From the human T2T-CHM13v2.0 reference genome, Homo sapiens: 64,000 bases of DNA. The position numbers were made by a program, and so were the translations under genes. Numbering within the stretch: the stretch's first letter is position 1; each line of letters begins with the position of its first letter. The stretch lies in the NCBI RefSeq assembly GCF_009914755.1, contig NC_060930.1, one strand, 5' to 3'. This document shows, one piece after another, positions 47,969 through 62,450 of this stretch. The notes beneath the pieces are model-generated. The model did no database searches and was not told where the DNA came from. It saw only the letters and a program-made list of their open reading frames with translations.

Positions 47969-50900
47969 GGTAATCTGTGTGTTTTGTTTTTTTTTTTTTT
48001 TGGCAAATATCTTCCTTATTTAAAGTGTTGGTGAAGAAAGCAAATTCTAGTATCTTTCAGAGAATATAATAAGGTAAGAGTTTTTGATGTATTTGTTAAA
48101 CTAACTAAGCACTTCAGAATCTTTCTGAATTTAATGTATTTGAATCCTAACATCTTAAAAGGGCATGTGATATCTCTGTCCATCCAATGGCATTTAGGCA
48201 CCAAGTCTGCATACAGATTTACACTAGAAATCTGACTCAACTAAGGAAACACAAGATTTCTAATAATAATATCTACAGGGGCAAGTTAAGTCTGATATAA
48301 CATTGTTTTTGCTTCTTTACTCAATAGTCTCAAAATTCATTACTAAGAACAGTCCTTAAGATGTTAATGCACTGCTTCTGCTACATTTAATGAGTAAAAA
48401 CTCTATGTCTCTCTATTTTACATCTACATTTTACCTCAGTTCATGACGAATTTATATTTTGTTCACTTTGGAATTTGGTGATGTAAGGTTTTATTATATC
48501 TAAAAACTTGAGACATATAGTTGATTCCTTACATAATGGCCATTTCCAATCATTATTGCTGAAGAATAATGCAAAAACAAGCATATAGTTACCTCACAGC
48601 TTAAGTATAAAGCATGAGGGTGCTTCACTATTCAATATGAGAGATTGTCAAAGACTCCAGTAGAAGATTTACTAAGCAGTGGTATTCTAGGAGAAACTGA
48701 ATAGTTTCCCATCATCTCCACACACTCTGTTGTCTATATAAAAGCAACTAGGGAAAGAGCACACTGTCTTTTCAGGAAATAAGAATCTGTTTCTCCCCTC
48801 ATCCGTCTGAACTCCTCCACTCCCTAAGTTATACTTTATTTTGTGTCTAGTATCTGATTATTAGTGTCACATCAATAGGAGGGGCCATATAGAGAAAAGC
48901 AGAACATATTTGGATGGCAAAAACAATATATTTTAAATTGGATATAGTAAATTAACATGAGTTTATGTGGATTCAGAAGAATTTGTGAGAAGTAGCCAGT
49001 CCTCAAATTGCCATTTTCAGTTCTCAAAAGGGCCATCTGCTAGAGGGGGAAAGCACTGCAGCTAGAGTTTGTAATGAGAGGCAGATCACATTCTAGAGAA
49101 GCCATGGAGGGCACAGCCTCAGCTTGCCTGGATTCCTCACACTAGGTATTGGCATGGACAAGGAGTCCTTGAACAGTTCCTTCAAAACCAGCAAATGCAC
49201 TCCATCAGTATCACCAGCATTTGGATGTGAGTAGCACAGGTCATACTGAGAAGCCAACAACGTTAAGGAGAGATCCAACTTTTATCAAAAGATGAGAAGA
49301 TACAAAAAGATATTTTTCGTCGTCCCCACAAGCTACTAGTGGAGCAGAATCAACAAGATAGGACATTAACCCAAGAGAGAGAAATCACAGGAGACTGTTA
49401 AAATGATAACCTCTGCCTTCTGCTAGTGGTCCACTGATTTAGTTAATAAAAATAAAAGAAAGACTGCTGGCACAAGGAGCTACCAAGATGCTACAGAATG
49501 GCAACTTTACATTTTTCTCCCCCACACTCCCAGGCCAGCCCAATGAATTTTTCAGAGGCTACTCCAAAGGCAAAGTTTAATAAGAATTATTTGGAAATGA
49601 ACTCAGGGCTGAGTTAAGGCAGTTCAATCAAATCTGTAATGTCAATTTACAAGTGTAATTTTTGAATCTGCACATATGTCCCAATCCTGATTATTTGGAT
49701 TTCTTTAACTATCATGTCAGAAAACTAGGAGGGGTTTGAATTCAACTGATGTTCTAATTAATTACACAAGAAATGTAACACTGACTTTTGTTTCTCCAGT
49801 GATTTCAATCCAGTGCCTAGAAGTATGATTTTTTTTTGTATAACAATTCTAACATTTTATGACTGGTGGTGAGAAATTAAGGATTTGAGTATGCTGTTCT
49901 CTTGTTTTATTTAAGCTAGTATGCAGCCGTCTTTTTCCCTTCATCATTAGATAATTCCTCATCCTCTTCAAATTATTCTATACATTTGGCTACCCAATCA
50001 TTCAGGACACTTTCCTAAAGTAGGCATAGGGTTTTATGTGACCACAAGTGATAGTGAATTAGATACTATGAGGTGTTACTTTTACATCACAGAAAATCAA
50101 TGAGATTTCCCCTGCAATTTGCCCCTTGTCAGCTCAATAACAAATTAAAAGTTATTGCCATCAAACTTTAGGCTTACTCGACTCTATATCTTTTGCTATA
50201 TAATGGTTGCTGAAAATACCAATTGAATTTGGTTAACATAAATACAATAAAATACATTTAATAAATCTATTGGGAAGCTGACCAATTAAAGGAAAAACTG
50301 AAGAATTGTGTCTCAGAAAGAATAAGAACTGGTAAAGTTACTAGGCATCGACCCTCTCTTCACTGTGTTCTTCTATTAAAAATCAAATTTCCACAACAGA
50401 TTGCCATAGACTGAAGAAGGAGGAGAACATTAAATGACTCAAGTTAAAACTATAAGCAATGGAATAAGACTATTTAACAAAGAAAAATCATTATATCCTA
50501 AGAGAAAAAATGGATAGGCAGGCAAAAGCAACCAATGTCACTATTTTGCACAACACTTTAAAAATTTAAAAGTGAGTTAAATGAATTAATAAAAATTTAC
50601 ATAATATAATTAGAGAAGTAAATCAGCAATAAGAATTAAATAAAATTGAGAAGTCACATTAAAGAAAAATCATTCATTGAAAAGCTTTAGAAATTACTCA
50701 AAATTCAGGAGACATGTCAGCATTAAGTTGACTAGCTTAGTATAAACAATAACAACATATATAATGCAGAATCCATCAACAATAAATTCTTCAGCATGCA
50801 AGTAACAAACTATAAACTTAGCACGATTGCCTATTGTTGTTACTTTCTACTTATAAATGGAAAAAGCACCCCATCCATAATAAAACTAATCACTCCATCT

Positions 50901-52863
50901 GTGTTATGGATTCAAATTTTACTGATTTTTTTAAGGATCACATTCTATCTATGAATATCTCTTTTTTGGTAAAGTATGTTTAAACGTTTTGTATGAATGG
51001 CATCAATCTCATCAAAATTTAAATATAATCAATTAAACCTTACAATCAAATGTTAAGATTAAAGTCATTCCAAAGGAATATTAATATAGATTCATAAAGT
51101 AGAAAACATGTTTTAGAATTCACCGTAAGTATAAACATGTGTATATCTGTTTGTGCGAGTTTATGAGATCTGTAAAATTGCAACTTAGTGAGAAAATTAG
51201 AGTATATTAAAATAAAGGTAATGATACAACCAATTAGTCATATGAAATATTAGCCTAAAACAAAAATTAATTTAAGGTAAAATAATTATTATAAAGTTAA
51301 AATATAAAAATGGGAGGTTAAGGACCTCTTCAAGGAGAACTGTTAAACTACTGCTCAAAGAAATAAAAGAAGACACAAACAAATGGAGAAATATCCTGTG
51401 CTCATGGATAGGAAAAATCAATATTGTAAAAATGGCCATAATGCCCAAAGTAATTTAGAGATTCAATGCTATTCCCATTAAACTACCATTGAAATTCTTC
51501 ATAGAATCAGGAAAACTACTTTAAAATGTTTGCAGAACCAAAAAATAGCCCAAATAGCTAAGGAAATCCTAAGCAAAAAGAACATAGGTAGAGGTATCAC
51601 ACTGAAATGGGAAAAGTTCCCTTATCCCCCTCACAGAGTGTGCCATGTGGCTGTGGCTCACTTCTTAGGTGTCCTGCAGCTCAAACCCCTAAGGGTAGCA
51701 TGCAGACAGGCAGGTTGTGGGGAATGTGGGCTCCTACCCCACAGCAATGTCTAGGGTTGAGTGTTTACAGCTCCTGAAGCCCCAGTGGGTGTATGTACCA
51801 ATGTGTGCTTTCAGTTCAGCTGTCCACAGGTGGCTTGGGTTAATTAGCTCAATTAGATCCTCTCCTAATCCCAAGGGCAGAGGGTTTTCTGTATCCCAGA
51901 GTTCTTGCCTTAGTGTACCAGAATAATCAAATCACACATGGGCTTAGTGAATGAGTGCAAGGTATTATTGTGTGGTAGAAGTAGCTCTCAGCAGATGGAT
52001 GGTAGCCAGAAGGGACATGGAGTAGAAAGGTGGTCTTCTCCTGGAGCTGGGCCGCTCAGTGGCCAGGCTCTCCTCCAACCACTGCCGGCCAAATTCCATC
52101 TAGTCTACATCATTCTGCTGTCAATAGCCTGCTAGAGTCTGTTGGTGTATTCTTCTGCCAGTGTATTTCACTCAATGTTCAGCGGATTGTGTGTGTGCCT
52201 CCTAGGGTCTCAGGGTATTGACAGGCACAGAACGAAGGGCGTGGTAGGCCAGGATGGTCTTGAAAGATGCAACATTTGGGCACGAAACCAGAAATGCCTG
52301 TCCTCACCTATGTCCATGGGCATAGGCCCAAGGGTAGAGCCCTAGCCAGTGACCCCACCCTTCTCTACCCAGCACTTCCCTGCCTCCCTCCTACATCATT
52401 TCTCCCTTCTGAAGAGATACATCTAACTGCTGTTACAATATGGACAATGACCAGTCTTAGCTACTTCCTGCTGACAGGAGACATTTTTTGGGGGAAAACG
52501 GTAGTCAGATCCCTCCCAGAGGTCTACCTAAGGGTTTCTGGCAAAGGGGAGCCATTATCTGAGGCTCCAGTTGCCTGACCATTTGGAGTTTGATGGCTTC
52601 TAGGCGTGAGATAAAAAACAAACAAACAAAGTTTTATAAGATTTAGTATGTATGGGTTAAACATGTATATTATACAAGGAAAGAATCTATGCTGAAGATT
52701 GTAGATATAAGAATTGGAATATACTACCATCGTTGTGCTCTGAGCTATTTCACCCTGGTGAAAGAAATTAAACCTTGAATGGAAGCAGTTACACTTTAGA
52801 AGAGAGATAACTATTCTCGTCATATCCTTAGCATTTGCCAGGTGTACCCTGGGAACTCTGGGG

Positions 52864-54105
52864 CTACTGGGCTTGCATGGTGGCCATTAAAGCTTCTAAC
52901 TCTTTCCTGTATTTCCTCTCTCTTTCCTGGGCCTCCTTGTGTCTATTATAAAAGTCCAAGGTGGCTACTTCCAGCAGGTCGTCTAAAGTACTATCTAGCC
53001 CCAGTGCCTGTTTTTGTAGCTTTCTCCTAATATCAGGAGCTGCCTGATTAATACATTTATTCTTTAGGATTAGCTGTCCCTTGACTGAATCAAGAGATAG
53101 AGAGGTATGCTTTTCCAGGGCCTCTGTTAGCCTTTCCAAGAAAGCAGTGGGATTTTAATCAAATCACTGGTTGATCGTGAATAACTGAGTGTAATTGAGG
53201 GGCTTGGTTCTATTCCTATGTAAGCCTCACATTATGCACACCTGAAAGTGTCTCCTCTTCCAGTCTTCCAACTCGTCATTGAGATTCCATTTAGGGTCAT
53301 TCACCAGTACTTCTTCTCTTCCAGTTGGATAATATTCACTCCCTTCCCTGACACTATACGAGATACAAAGGTCATCCCCATAATTCTCTGCTTCTTGCAG
53401 AGTGGCATGTTTCTCAGTGTCTGTCAGGGTCTGATTCAAAAGTAACACAACATCTCTCCAGGAGAGTTCAAATATTTAGATAAAATTCTGGAAAGCCTCT
53501 ATATATCTGTCAAGGTCATCTGAAAACTTGCCAAGATCCCCCTTAATTTGTTTTACGTCCTGTAGGGAGAAGGGGAGTAGGACCTTACTGGGGCCAAATT
53601 CACCAAGCATCTGTTGGTGAGAGACTGAGGCTTGTTTAGGGCAAGGATTTCTAGGAGGGGGCATGTGAGAGGCTGAAGTTAGTCAAGAAGGTCAAGGTGG
53701 ACCTGGAACTGGCTCCACTGCCAGGGTTGCCTCTGGGACTTGTCAGTTTAGTTCCCTGGGGTTGCCCCTTGCAGCCTTACCTGCGATGGCAAACAGTAGG
53801 GCTGGATCAATCCTACGTTGCTGGCAAGGGTCTGGATTGCCTTACAAGGTATGGAAAGCCTGCACATATGGGACTTCAGGCCATCTGTCCTCATGTCTAC
53901 AGAAAAGTTGCAACAGCTTTATGGTATCAAAATGAATGTGTCCTTCTTGGGGCCAATAAAATCCTTCATAATTTGACTAAACCTTTGTGCAGAAGGCTAT
54001 GAGGCATTTTTCCTCCAGATTCTGAGGGTCAAAGCAGTCCCAATGGTTCAGAATATACTCCAGAGGAACACAAGCTGGGAGTGGTCAAGAGAGCTGGTTG
54101 CCCAT
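52864..54105 (-). pseudogene. Disrupted ERV9/HERV-W-like gag
   Basis: MGNQLS*...PLEYILNHWDCFDPQ (MA); PFSLQDVKQIKGDLGKFSDD; MLLLNQTLT; INQAAPDIRRKLQK (CA); multiple stops and frameshifts. Confidence 0.85.
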
Positions 54106-54695
54106 TCTGAAAAACAGAGAATAGTGCATCCCTCATTTTCTTCCTTGTTTCAGTGAAAACTCAGGGTGTGATGGGGAGAGAACATGAGCATCTTTCCTTT
54201 CCCTTTCATCTTTTAGCCCTGAGTCCTGGCAACCTTGGCAGGTGCTGGACATAGGTACCAATGCAGGATGCACCCATGAAACAGGGGAAACCTAGAAAAT
54301 AGGAATTAACTACCCTAACCTATGCCTACTTTTTTCTCTGATATCAACAACCTTTGAGTTCCCTAGGCCAGTTTATGCCATGGGGCATGGATTCATTTCA
54401 TGGGGTGGGGATTTAGTTGGCAGTATTTGTCCTGCCCATTTACATTGAGCCTGCTGCCTGGCTTTGGATCCCTCAGACCCGGATTTTCTTTCTCGGGGCC
54501 TCAGAATGAAGCTTGAAATCAAGTTTGGGACTGAAAATATATTTCAGAGGCTGTTTATATTTTTTAGAGTGTCTCAAATGGCCCCTGCCCAATTTGTAGT
54601 TATCAGCTAGCAGGGGCCATTCCTCCATCAACTTCCCTATTAGAGAGTGTTTAGATCACAGAGTGATCTAAACTTGTCTTCATGTTTTATTTTAT

Positions 54696-55312
54696 TAGCT
54701 CAACCATTGTGAAGACAGTGTGGCGATTCCTCAAGGATCTAGAACCAGAAATATCATTTGACCCAGCAATCCCATTACTGGGTATATACCCAAAGAATTA
54801 TAAATCATTCTACTATAAAGACATATGCGCACGCATGTTTATTGCAGCACTATACACAATAACAAAGACTTGGAACCAACCCGGATGTTCATCAATGATA
54901 GACTGGATAAAGAAAATGTGGCACATATACACCATGGGATAATATGCAGTCATAAAAAAAGAATGAGTTCATGTCCTTTGCAGGGACATGGATGAAGCTG
55001 GAAACCATCATTCTCAGCAAACTAACACAAGAACAGAAAACCAAACACCACATGTTCTCACTCATAAGGGGGAGTTGAACAATGAGAACACATGGACACA
55101 GGGAGGGAAACATCATACATTGGGGCCTGTCAGGGGGTGACGGGCTAGGGGAGGGATAGCATTAGGATAAATATTTAATGTAGATGATGGGTTGATGGGT
55201 GCAGCAAACAACCATGGCACGTGTATACCTATATAACAAGCCTGCACTTCCCACACATGTATCCCAGAATTTAAAGTACAATTTAAAAAAAAAAAGAAAG
55301 AAAGAAAAAAAA
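54696..55312 (+). mobile_element. L1PA7/8-like 3' end inserted in the ERV leader
   Basis: [26 protein letters not shown]..; 3'UTR; A-rich tail. Confidence 0.92.
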
Positions 55313-57565
55313 GGAAATGGAGTACTGGGGAGGGGGTGCCCTCTCCCTTGGAAAAGGAAAACAGAGAAAAAAAGTTTAAGGTGCTAAAGCAGAAGGAGAT
55401 CCTGGGGGAAGAACTTCTTGCTCATTGCAAGTGGGTCCCTTTAATCCTGTATCTTTTCCCCGGTTCAGACCAGGTTGAATTCCTTGGCCAGGGGAAAAAC
55501 ATTCCAGTGGCACAGCAGGTGAGAAGTGCCCACCCATAGGCCTGTTGGGGTCCTGGTTTTATCCCACTCCAACTCGTAGTTGTTGGGCTCAGCTTTTGTT
55601 TGCTGTGGACATTCCCAGGCACCCCAGCTGGGAGTAGAAATGGTAAGGGGAGGTGCCCTGAGCCCTGTGTGCCTGTGATTGGCAGAGGGTGGAGGCCGAG
55701 ATGGTGCCTCTAAAACAGTTGGTCTGATTTCCACCTTTGGGCTGAGCCAAATGCTCGTTTTACTTAGTAACATTGCCACAGCCAGTAGAAAAACTCTTAA
55801 CAATATAAAAGAAAAGATGAGAGACATTTCAAAACATGAGAGAGAAAGAAAAATTTAAATAAATAGGTCTGGGGGTTTTATCTGCCTCAGTTAGGGTGGT
55901 TTAAACTCTGAAGAGAAACAGTGCCTTTAACCTGTGGGAAAAACAGAGAGGTTGCAGGGTTTTGGAAAAGAAGATGATCCAACAACCCTAGCCACAGACC
56001 CCACACTTCTCTACCCAGCACTTCCCTGCCCCCTTCCTGTATCAGCACAACCTGACTTCAAATTATACTGTAAGGTTACAGTAACCAAAATAGCATGTAC
56101 TGGTATAAAAACATATGTATAGACCAATGAAACAGAATAAATAACTCAGAAATAAATGGCAACCCTGACAAAAACAAACAATTAAGAAAGAATTCCATAA
56201 TAAAGACTACTGGGAGATCTGGCTAGCCATATGCAGAAAATTGAAACTGAACTCCTTCCTTACACCATATACAAAAAGTAAATATAAAATCCAAAACTAT
56301 AAAAACTATAGAAGAAAATCTAAGCAATACCTTTTAGAACATAGGCACAGGCAAAGCTTTCATGATGAAATTGCCAAAAGCAATTACAACAAAAGCAAAA
56401 ATTGACAATTGGAATTTAATTAAACTAAAGAGCTTCTGAACAGCAAAATAAACTATCATCAGAGTGAACAGACAACCTACAGAATGGGAAAAACCTACAA
56501 AGAGCTTAAACAAATTTACTATAAAAATTAACATTAAAAGGTAGGCAAAGGAAGTGAACAGGCAATTCTAAAAAAAACATACATACTGCAAACACATATG
56601 TAGAAAAAGTCTCAACATCACTGCTAATTAGAGAAATGAAAAAACAAAAAATCAAAATGAGATATCATCTCACACCAGTCAGAATCGTGATTATTTAAAA
56701 AGTCCAGAAACAACAGTTGCTGGCAAGGTTGCAGAGAAAAAGGAATACTTTTATACTGTTGGTGGAAGAGTAAATTAGGTCAACCATTTTGGAAGACAAT
56801 GTAGTAATTTCTCAAAGACCTGGAGGCAGAAATACCATTTGACTCAGCAATCCCATTACTAGGTATATACTCAAAGGAATATAAATCATTCTATTACAAA
56901 GATACATGCTTGCATATGTTCTTTGTAGCACTATTTACAGGAGCAAAGATGTGGAATCAACTTAAATGCCTATTAATGATAGACTTGATAAAGAAATCTA
57001 AACCATGAAATAATATGCAGCCATAAAAAGGAACCAGGTTATGTCCTTTGCAGGGACATGTTTGGAGCTGGAAGCCATTATCCTCAACAAACTAATACAG
57101 GAACAGAAAACTAAACACAGCATGTTCTCACATATAAGTGGGAGCTGAAGAATGAGAATACATTGACACATGGAGGGGAACAACAAACACTGGGGCCTAT
57201 CAGATCAGGAAGGGAGCATGAGGAAGAGTAGCTAACAAATGCTGGGCTTAATACCTAGGTGATGGGATAGTCTGTGCAGCAAACCATGGCACACATTTAC
57301 CTATGTGACAGCCTGCACAGCCTGCACATGTACACCTAAACTTAAAGTAAAAGTTGAAAAAAAAAAGAAAATGGCAAACAACAAAATATATAAATGAATA
57401 TGTGAATAAATAAATAAGACTATACCAAAAACTGAAAAAAGAGAAAGCTTAATACACAGCATTGGGGTAAGGCTGTCTAAATAAATGCAAAAGGATGAAG
57501 CCCTAAGGAAAATATTAATTAAAGTGTCTCAATACATTTTAAATAATTCATGTAGAAAAGCATGA

Positions 57566-58189
<624 letters not shown>

Positions 58190-58844
58190 CAAGATATAAG
58201 TTTTTAATAGATGTTGTATGGTGTGAGGAAGCAAGTTTGCCCACACTTAAAGAGACTTCCTTCCATACTGAGTTTACAAGCCATAAATTTACAATGGTCA
58301 CAATCTTTTGGGCTATGTAATTTTACATAGAGCTTCTCAGAAGTTATATATAACAGTAAAAAAAAGCATTGATTCAAAATTAAGAATAATTATATACAAG
58401 TATCCGAAGGAAAAATATTTGTAATGGAAAAGGTGATGATAAGATAGAGATATATGTTGTTCCCTGGTTGAATAAAAAATAATGTGAAATAAAGAAGACC
58501 AAAGGACAGTGTGGAGTTCCTAGATGCCAGTAATTGTGGGTTCAAAAAGAGGAAGAATAAGATAGTATAACTTTCAAAATAGAATTCTGGATAACAATAG
58601 AACCCTAGTTATTTGAATGAGTGAATAGAAAAGGAAATAATGTTGATCCAGACTCTAGACTCACCACACTTATAAAAATAAGCAGTATTTAGCTGAGTAT
58701 TTCACAAGGGAGAAAGTATTCACAAGGAGAGTTTGTATAAGAAGCACCAAGTTTAACATAAGAAACATCAGGACATGGTGGAGCAGAATACTTAATCAAA
58801 GGAATGCTTATGTAGGAGTGTTTACGACGAAGGATTTCAGCGGG

Positions 58845-61103
58845 TAATATGGTTTGGCTGTGTCCCTAGCCAAATACCATCATGAATTCCCATGTGTTTT
58901 GGGAGGGATCCATTAGGAAGTAATTGAATCATGGAGGCAGGTCTTTCCCATGCTGTTCTTGTGATAGTGAATGAATAAGTCTCATGAAATCTGATGGTTT
59001 TAAGAAGGGAAGTTTGCTTGAATAAGCTCTCTTTTTTGCCAGCAGCCATCCATGTAAGACATGACTTGCCACTCTTTGCTTTCTGCCATAATTGCAAGGT
59101 CTCCCCAGCCACATGGAACCATCAGCCCAATTAAACATCTTTCTTCTGTAAATTTCCCATTCTTGGGTATGTCTTCATAAGCAGCATGAAAACAGACTAA
59201 TACAGTGAATTGGTACCAGTAAAGTGGGGTATTACTGAAAAGATACCCAAAAATGTGAAAGTGACTTTGGAACTGGGTAACAGGAAGATGTTGGAACAAT
59301 TTGGAGAACTCAGAAGAAGACAGGAAAATGTGGGAAAGTTTGGATCTTTTTAGAGACTTGTTGAATGGCATTAGCCAAAATACTGATAATAATATGAACA
59401 ATAAAATCCAGCTGAGGTAGTCTTGGATGGAGATGAGGAACTTCTTGGGAACCAGAGCAATGGTGACTCCTGTTATGTTTTAGCAAACAGACTGGTGGCA
59501 TGTTGTTCTGATCCTAGAAATGTGTAAAACTTTGAACTTGAGAGAGATGGTTTAGGGTATCTGGCAAAAGAAATTCTAAGCAGCAAAGCATTCCACAGGT
59601 GACTTGGGTGCTGTTAAAGGCATTCGGTTTTAAATGAGAAACAGCATAAAAGTTCAGAAAATTTGCAGGATGACAATGTGATAAAAAAGAAAATCCCATT
59701 TGCTATGAAGAAATTCAAGCAGCCTGCAAAAATTTGCATAAGTAACTAAGCTAAATGTTAATCACCAAGACAATGGGGAAAATGTCTCCAGGGGGCATGT
59801 CAGAGGTCTTTACAGCAACCCTTCCCATCACAGGTCTGGAGGCTTAAGGAGACAAAAAAAAATGGTTTCATGAGCTGGGCCCAGGGTCGCTGTGCTGTGT
59901 GCAGCCTAGGGACTTGGGGCCCTGCATCCCAGTCACTCTAGCCAGGGCTGAAAGGGGCCAACATAGAGCTTGAGCCATGCTACAAAGGGTACAAGCCCCA
60001 AGCCTTGGCAGTTTCCATGCGGTGTTGAGCCTGCAAGAGTACAGAAGTCAAGAATTGGGGTTTGGGAACCTCCACCTAGATTTCAGAGGATGTATGGAAA
60101 CACCTGGATACTCAGGCAGAGGTTTGCTGCAGGGGAAGGGCCCTCATAGAGAATCTCTGCTAGTGCAGTCTGAAAGGGAAATGTTGTCAGAGTCCCCACA
60201 CAATGTCCCTAGTGGAGCACCTCCTAGTGGAGCTGTGGAAAGAGAGTCACCTTCCTCCAGACCCCAGAATAGTAGATCCACTTACAGTTTGCACCATGTG
60301 CCTGGAAAAGCCATAGACACTCAATGTCAGCCTGTGAAAGCAGCCAAGAGTGGGGCTATACCCTGCAAAGCTACAAAGGTGTAGCTGCCCAAGGCTGTGG
60401 GAGCCTACATCTTGCATCAGCGTGACCTGAACGTGAGTCATGGAGTCAGAGGAGATCATTTTGGATCTTTAAGATTTGACTACTCTGCTGGATTTCAGAC
60501 TTGCATGGGGCCTGAGTCCCCTTTGTCTGGCCAATTTCTCCCATTTGGAATTGCAGTATTTACCCAATGCCTGTACCCCTACAGGGTCTGGGAAGTAACT
60601 AACTTACTTTTGATTTTACAGGCTCATATGCAGAAAGGACTTGCCTTGTCTTGATGAGACTTTGGACTGTGGTCTTTTGAGTTAATGCTGAAATGAGTTA
60701 AGACACTGGGGGACTTTAGGGAAGGCATGATTGGTTTTTAAATGTGAGGACATGAGATTTGTCTGTGACCCCATTGAAATCTCATCTTGAATTCCCATGT
60801 GTTGTTGGAGGGACCTGGTAGGAGGTAATTGAATCATGGGGGCAGTATTTTCCCTTGCTTTTCTTGTGGTGGCAAATAAGTCTCATGAGATTCAATGGTT
60901 TTAAAAAGGAGAGCTTCCCTGCACAAGCTGCCTTTTTGCCTCCTGCCATCCATGTAAGACGTGACTTGCTCCTCTTGCCTTCCACCATGATTGGGAGGCC
61001 TCCCCAGCCATGTGGAACTGTGAGTCCAATTAATCTTCTTTCTTTTGTAAATTGCCCAGTGTCAGGTATGTTTTTATTAGAAGCATTAAAACAGACTAAT
61101 GCA
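58845..61103 (+). mobile_element. Complete THE1A-like MaLR provirus (5' LTR 58845-59204; 3' LTR about 60758-61103)
   Basis: LTRs with 'gaattcccatgtg', 'gccatccatgtaagac', ending 'acagactaat(a/g)ca'; THE1-int between; TSD gcggg/gaggg. Confidence 0.92.
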
Positions 61104-61504
61104 GAGGGTAACAGAGCAAGTACAGAAGTAGGGGTGGGGGAAGAAAGAGTTAACAATTTAAAAATTGTAGTAAACAAAAGTATTGGAGATAAGATGGATT
61201 TGAATGTACAAAAGTATCAGAGGATGGCACACACACACAAATATGGATAGACTCACCCTCCAAAAAGTGACAGAAGCTCATGCAATCCTGAAGACATCAG
61301 CTTGTTGAATTTTCCTCTTAGCATTTTAATGGAAAAGATTAGTTTATTTATTGACTATTCAAGATAAGGTATAATAATAATCTTTGAGTGTAACTTCAAG
61401 TATTTGGAATACTGCTGGGGAAAGTCATAAATTCAAATAAATATTATATACTTATTAAAATAACTACTATAATGTATCTTTGCATTTAAAATATGTTTTA
61501 AATG

Positions 61505-61720
61505 AGTATTTAAAATTTGAAAAGACACTGGAAATACACAGGTAGTGGGAGTATACAATCACTTGGAAAACAAATTTGCTAAAACCTACCGAAACACCAC
61601 ATAGACATATCCTGTGACTGAGCATTTGCACTCCTTGGCATTTATCAAAAATGGTTACAAATGTTCAATAAAAGACTAAATAAATGTTTATCGTAAAACC
61701 AAATAATACTCAAAGGTTTA
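61505..61720 (+). mobile_element. Ancient L1M/L1ME 3' fragment
   Basis: 'ggtagtgggagtatacaatcacttggaaaaca...atatcctgtgactgagcatttgcactccttggcatttat'. Confidence 0.6.
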
Positions 61721-62257
61721 GTTTAAGCTCTGAATAGCTCTGATGTGGCTAGAAAGATTCCATAGAGTATATATATTTATATAAATATATATATAAATTA
61801 TTTGGAAAAATATTATAAAAATAGATAAGATCTTATGAAATAAAACATTAAATTTAAAAATTACATACAATTAATATAACATAATTCATATGTAAATAGT
61901 TGGTAGACAATTTCTGACATAAATTCTAAACTTATAAAACATTAAATTATTATATTTTGCAATGTCTATGTTTCAAAAACATCAAACACACTAAATTTGA
62001 AAAGAAAATTACAAATTGTAAATGATAGATACATATATTGTAGTTTAAGTTTTAATATCTTTGATATATTGAATTGTTATAAAAAGCTTAAGAATATGGT
62101 AATAAAATAGAAAATTTATATACATCTAATTCTCCCATATATAGGAAATATATATATGAGACAGATAACAAAAGAAATACAAGTGTCCCAAATTATTCAA
62201 TGATTATGGAAATAAAAAATGTGAAATTAAACAATCATATTTAGTCTTGGAAAGTTT

Positions 62258-62450
62258 TGACAACCAAATTGAGTAATTGAGGCAAGAGTCTCAAATCACT
62301 GAGGTTTATTGACCCAATTTGAGGCCACACCCAGAAAATTGTGGATCACAGAAGCATCTGTGGCTTTTTTTTCCGAAGAGGTTCTTAGGAGATTTAGTAT
62401 TTATACATTTTCTTTAAAAGGGAGTAGAGAGGAGCAACAGTGAGACAAAT
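62258..62450 (-). mobile_element. ERV1 MER4-group-like LTR fragment
   Basis: 'tcactgaggtttattgacccaatttgagg...cccagaaa...tctgtggctttttttccgaagagg...atttagtatttata'. Confidence 0.45.

Larger units (their letters stand above)
51603..56044 (-). mobile_element. ERV1-class provirus (LTR1/HUERS-P-like): full 3' LTR 51603-52398, gag and env remnants, 5' LTR reduced to about 55986-56044
   Basis: TG..CA LTR ends; PPT (minus-strand agaagggagaaa) at 52399-52410; same LTR end 'ttctctacccagcacttccctgcc' at 52362 and 56007; 4-bp TSD acac/gcac. Confidence 0.85.
51311..57370 (+). mobile_element. L1PA11-13-like element split by an ERV insertion (51311-51602 and 56045-57370)
   Basis: ORF2 is continuous across the ERV ('ggtatcacac' / 'aacctgacttcaaattatact'); 3'UTR 'gctgggcttaatacctaggtgatgggat'; short TSD aaaatgg. 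Confidence 0.88.

Noticed and set aside
47983-48001. Second poly(T) tract beyond the AluY TSD as tail of a hidden retrocopy
   Set aside because: No canonical poly(A) signal, matching TSD or recognisable transcript next to it.
48980-49810. GC-richer block as a possible processed pseudogene
   Set aside because: No recognisable reading frame, tail or TSD; more likely an ancient LTR that I cannot name.
61768-61793. Perfect 26-nt palindrome
   Set aside because: Pure AT low-complexity sequence where palindromy is expected.
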